64,000 nt of DNA, taken from contig OY761614.1 in the NCBI GenBank assembly GCA_963664825.1, positions 64,001 through 128,000 on the forward strand. Direction: 5' to 3'. Shown one piece after another: positions 60,526 to 64,000 of this stretch. The stretch's first letter is position 1. Each line of letters opens with the position of its first letter. Both the position numbers and the translations under genes were made by a program. The notes under the pieces were generated by a model. The model did no database searches and was not told the origin of the DNA. It saw only the letters and a program-made list of their open reading frames with translations. The DNA is from an uncultured Holophaga sp. GTDB taxonomy: Bacteria > Acidobacteriota > Holophagae > Holophagales > Holophagaceae.

Positions 60526-60532
60526 TGGAGTC

Positions 60533-62974
60533 ATGGCCACCAAAGTTTCCAGATCCCTGAAATCCTCCCTGCCCAAGGGGCGCCTCTGGCGATGGGCCTT
60601 CTGGGGCGGTCTGGCCTGCGCGGCGGCGAGCCTGGTGGCCTTCGCCATCGCCTGGTCGGTGCTGAGCCGGGACGCCGACGATTTCCTGGTGCTCTTCGCG
60701 AACCGATCCCCCAAGACGATCTCGAAGGTCTACGACCGCAACGGCGACATCATCGGCACCTTCTACGAGGAACGCCGGGTCCATATCCCGTACGGCGATA
60801 TCCCCCCGGCCTTCGTGAAGGCCATCGTCTCCACGGAGGATGCGGATTTCTGGAGCCACGGCGGCGTCTCGGCCCGGGGCTTCGTGAGGGCGGGTTGGCA
60901 TTTCCTCAGCAGCTTCGGAAGGCGGCGCGAGGGCGCGTCCACCCTCACGATGCAGCTGGTGCGTAACGTCACAGCCAAGCGCCAGAAGCGCCTGGACCGC
61001 AAGCTCAAGGAGATCATCCTGGCTCGCAAGCTGGAGAACGCCTACACCAAGAAGCAGATCCTGGAACAGTATGCCAACGAGGTCAATTTCGGGGGCGGGC
61101 GCTACGGCATCGAGGCCGCGGCCCAGTTCTACTTCGGCAAGAGCGCGCCCCAGCTCAATGTGGAGGAATGCGCGCTCCTGGCAGGCATGGTGCAGGCGCC
61201 CGAATACTTCCAGCGCTGCCTCTTCAGCACCGATCCCAAGGCCCGAGCCGTCGTCAAGAACCGGCGGAATATCGTCCTGCATCGCATGGTGGAAGAGGAT
61301 CACCTGAGGGAGGCCGATGCCCGAATGCTGATGGAACATCCCATCCGCCTGGCCCGGGAGAACGCCCAGGAGGAAGACATCGCCTCCTACGCCGTGGAGG
61401 AAGTGCGCAAGCACCTGTACGAGAAATATGGCCGGGACGCGGTGCTCACCGGCGGTCTCGAGGTCTACACCACCATCGACAGTCATTGGCAACAGGCCGC
61501 CAACGAGGCCATGCGCAGGGGCTTGAAGGCCGTGGACCGCAGGCGAGGCTTCCGCAAGGAGGCCCTCCAGTTCGTGGGTGAGCCCGAGAAGGCCACCCTG
61601 CCGGGCTGGAACCGCTTCTTCGAGAAGGAAGATAGCGTGCGCGGCATCATCCTGGGCTGGCAGGGCGATTCGGCCAGGGTGCGCATTGCCAAGACGACCC
61701 TGGATGTGCCCGGAAGCGCCTTCGCCTGGGCGGGCAAGGATATCCAGAAGCTCCTGCCCCGGGGCGCTTCGCCATTATTCTTGATCAAGGAGACCCAAGG
61801 GGACGGCACCCCCAGCAAGGTGGAGCTCGACCAGGAGCCGGACGTGCAGGGTGCCCTGCTGGCCGCGGACCCCGCCACCGGCGAGATCCGCGCCATGGTC
61901 GGCGGCTACGACTTCAACAAGAGCAAGTTCAACCGGACCTTCCAGGCCGAGCGCCAGGTGGGTTCCACCATGAAGGCCTTCGTCTACGGCTGCGCCTTCA
62001 CCCAGGGCAAGACCCCCGCCACCATGGTGCAGGACATCCCCACCCGCTTCACCTTCGACCACACCGTCTACGAACCCAAGAACTATGAACGGGAATTCTG
62101 GGGCCCGATCCCCATCTGGGAGGCCATCCGGGATTCCCGGAATATCCCGGCCGTGCGCACGCTGGAGGAAACGGGCATCGATAATGTCATCCAGTTCGCC
62201 CACCGATGCGGCGTGGGTGGGAATATCCGCCAGTACCCCAGCATGGCCCTGGGCGCTTCGGACCTGACCCTCAAGGACATGGTGAGGGGCTACGGCACCT
62301 TCGCCAATGGCGGGAAACAGGCGCCGCCGCTCTTCCTCATCAAGAAGATCGTGGACCGCAATGGCCGCGTGCTGGAGGCCTACGGCGGCAGCCCCGGCGA
62401 AGACGTGACCGATCCCATGAGCAACTTCCAGCTCATCCAGTGCCTCCAGGGCGTGGCCCAGCGCGGCACGGGAGCCCGCGCCAATGAGCTGGGATGGCCC
62501 ACGGCGGGCAAGACCGGCACCACCGACGACCATACCGACGCGTGGTACATCGGATTTTCCACCCACATCGTATGCGGCACCTGGGTGGGCCTGGACGCCA
62601 AGAAGACCATCTACCGGGGCGGGGCCGATGGCGGCCACGTGGCGCTTCCCATCTGGATCGATTTCATGAAGGTGGCCCTGCCCACCACGCCCAGGGAGGA
62701 TTTCCCCGTTCCCGAAGGCATGGAATGGGCCGAGATCGACCGCCTCACAGGGGCTGTGGCCACCAGCGCCACGGCTCCCGGTGACATGGTGCGTCTGGCC
62801 TTCAAGCCCGGCGCCATGCCCAAGGTCGCCAGCACCCCCGACCTGATCCAGACGGTCAAGGAAGCCCGGGCCAAGGCCGCGAGCCAGGGCGTCGAAAACC
62901 GCGCCTGGGGCGCGCCCCAGGTTTCAGCCAAGCCCGAAGAAGAAGGACAATCCGAAGACCCGAATGCCAAGTGA
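60533..62974 (+). CDS. mrcA: Penicillin-binding protein 1A family (transglycosylase/transpeptidase)
   Basis: TEDADF, GASTLTMQL, RKLKE; STMK, SRN and KTGT motifs. Confidence 0.93.
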   Translation: MATKVSRSLKSSLPKGRLWRWAFWGGLACAAASLVAFAIAWSVLSRDADDFLVLFANRSPKTISKVYDRNGDIIGTFYEERRVHIPYGDIPPAFVKAIVSTEDADFWSHGGVSARGFVRAGWHFLSSFGRRREGASTLTMQLVRNVTAKRQKRLDRKLKEIILARKLENAYTKKQILEQYANEVNFGGGRYGIEAAAQFYFGKSAPQLNVEECALLAGMVQAPEYFQRCLFSTDPKARAVVKNRRNIVLHRMVEEDHLREADARMLMEHPIRLARENAQEEDIASYAVEEVRKHLYEKYGRDAVLTGGLEVYTTIDSHWQQAANEAMRRGLKAVDRRRGFRKEALQFVGEPEKATLPGWNRFFEKEDSVRGIILGWQGDSARVRIAKTTLDVPGSAFAWAGKDIQKLLPRGASPLFLIKETQGDGTPSKVELDQEPDVQGALLAADPATGEIRAMVGGYDFNKSKFNRTFQAERQVGSTMKAFVYGCAFTQGKTPATMVQDIPTRFTFDHTVYEPKNYEREFWGPIPIWEAIRDSRNIPAVRTLEETGIDNVIQFAHRCGVGGNIRQYPSMALGASDLTLKDMVRGYGTFANGGKQAPPLFLIKKIVDRNGRVLEAYGGSPGEDVTDPMSNFQLIQCLQGVAQRGTGARANELGWPTAGKTGTTDDHTDAWYIGFSTHIVCGTWVGLDAKKTIYRGGADGGHVALPIWIDFMKVALPTTPREDFPVPEGMEWAEIDRLTGAVATSATAPGDMVRLAFKPGAMPKVASTPDLIQTVKEARAKAASQGVENRAWGAPQVSAKPEEEGQSEDPNAK

Positions 62975-63274
62975 GCCTTGGACCATTCGGGACAGTGCAT
63001 GACGAAAACGTGAAGAAAGGCCGCCAACGCCACATCGCCGTAATATTACGCAGCGAGCATTGACGGCCCTTCGCGCGGACCGAACCTAGTGCAAACGATC
63101 TTTGGGACTCGAGTAAGGGAGCGGAAACCAGCCTAGGCCCGCGATCCCATACGGACGCACGGTTCCCCAAGGCTCGAAGCCCCAGGGAAACCGGCCGCGG
63201 ACGGTGCGCCCATGGACTTGCAGATTCCGGCGGCGCCTCGAACAGCCCAGGATCCTCATCCCCAGGAGGTCCCC

Positions 63275-64000
63275 ATGTCCGCCCAGGATCCAGCCTTCGG
63301 CCTGCCGCCCACCCTCACCCCCAACGCCGTCCTGGCCATGGCCCCTCCCGCGCCGCGGGCCCTGAGCCTCCTGGGAGCCTGCCTGGTCTACACCGTGTGC
63401 GGCGCGGCCCTCGTGCTCGCCCCGGTCCCCCGGACGTCCCCATCGGGACCCACCACCAAGCCTGAATTCTTCTCCGAGCCCTCCACCCCGGGCGTGGTCC
63501 CCTGCGTCGTCCAACTGAAGCCCCCGACGCCTCTCCCGGGCCAGGTGGCCGAGCACGCCCCCCGGCGGCCGGAGGGTTGGACACCCCCTGTGGATTCCGA
63601 TGTGGTGCCCACCACCGCCACCACGCTGCCCACCCGGGATGGCAGCCGGGATAGCCTTCGCGCCCCCACACCCGAGGATGCCCTGCGGCCCACAACGTCC
63701 GCCCCGCGAGGAACCCTTGGCACCATCGCCCCACCCGCCGCGATGGTGGAATTCGACTTCCAGCAGATGCGGGTCCTCCAAGCCGTGAATCCCGTCTATC
63801 CCCCCATGGCCAGGCTGGCCAGGATCCAAGGCGAGGTGGTGCTCCTGATGGCCGTCGATCCCCGGGGCGTCCCCACGGAAGTCAGGGCCCTCTCGGGGCC
63901 CCACCCCTCCCTGGAACAGGAGGCCATGCGCGTGGCGCGGCTCTGGCGCTTCGAACCCGCCACCCTCAACGGACAGCCCGTGTCCGCCCAGTTCAGGCTC
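63275..64000 (+). CDS. TonB family energy transducer (3' end outside window)
   Basis: AGGAGGT RBS; TM anchor, Pro-rich linker, PVYPPMARLARIQGEVVL...WRFEPA. Confidence 0.85.
   Translation, partial: MSAQDPAFGLPPTLTPNAVLAMAPPAPRALSLLGACLVYTVCGAALVLAPVPRTSPSGPTTKPEFFSEPSTPGVVPCVVQLKPPTPLPGQVAEHAPRRPEGWTPPVDSDVVPTTATTLPTRDGSRDSLRAPTPEDALRPTTSAPRGTLGTIAPPAAMVEFDFQQMRVLQAVNPVYPPMARLARIQGEVVLLMAVDPRGVPTEVRALSGPHPSLEQEAMRVARLWRFEPATLNGQPVSAQFRL

Noticed and set aside
63117..63196. c-di-GMP-II or cobalamin riboswitch before tonB
   Set aside because: Only fragments (gggagc, aaccggcc) resemble the consensus; pseudoknot order and B12 box are missing

Overview
GC-rich bacterial chromosome segment. The gene content and protein sequences suggest an anaerobic Acidobacteriota (Holophagae, Geothrix/Holophaga-like) organism, but this is inference only. 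Housekeeping genes: pgk (partial), tpiA, map, ispE, dnaX, aroC, fur, add, nrnA, ribA, queE, nadK, PBP1A and a partial tonB. Other clusters: a glycogen operon (GH13+GH133 debranching fusion, glgB, glgP), xdhC-mocA, a sigma54-type fliOPQR-flhB cluster, and a trimeric [FeFe]-hydrogenase with non-bifurcating signatures flanked by a response regulator and a GAF kinase. Mobile DNA: two inverted ISL3 copies and one IS256. One ISL3 and the IS256 together break a ~1491-aa 8-PAS hybrid kinase. Most notable observations: (i) a dockerin-tailed S8 protease paired with a cohesin-like lipoprotein; (ii) at least three families of short structured intergenic elements, one showing compensatory base changes between copies; (iii) recurrent leaderless-type promoters, including one palindromic -10 shared by nadK and PBP1A. 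No rRNA, tRNA or CRISPR array was seen.
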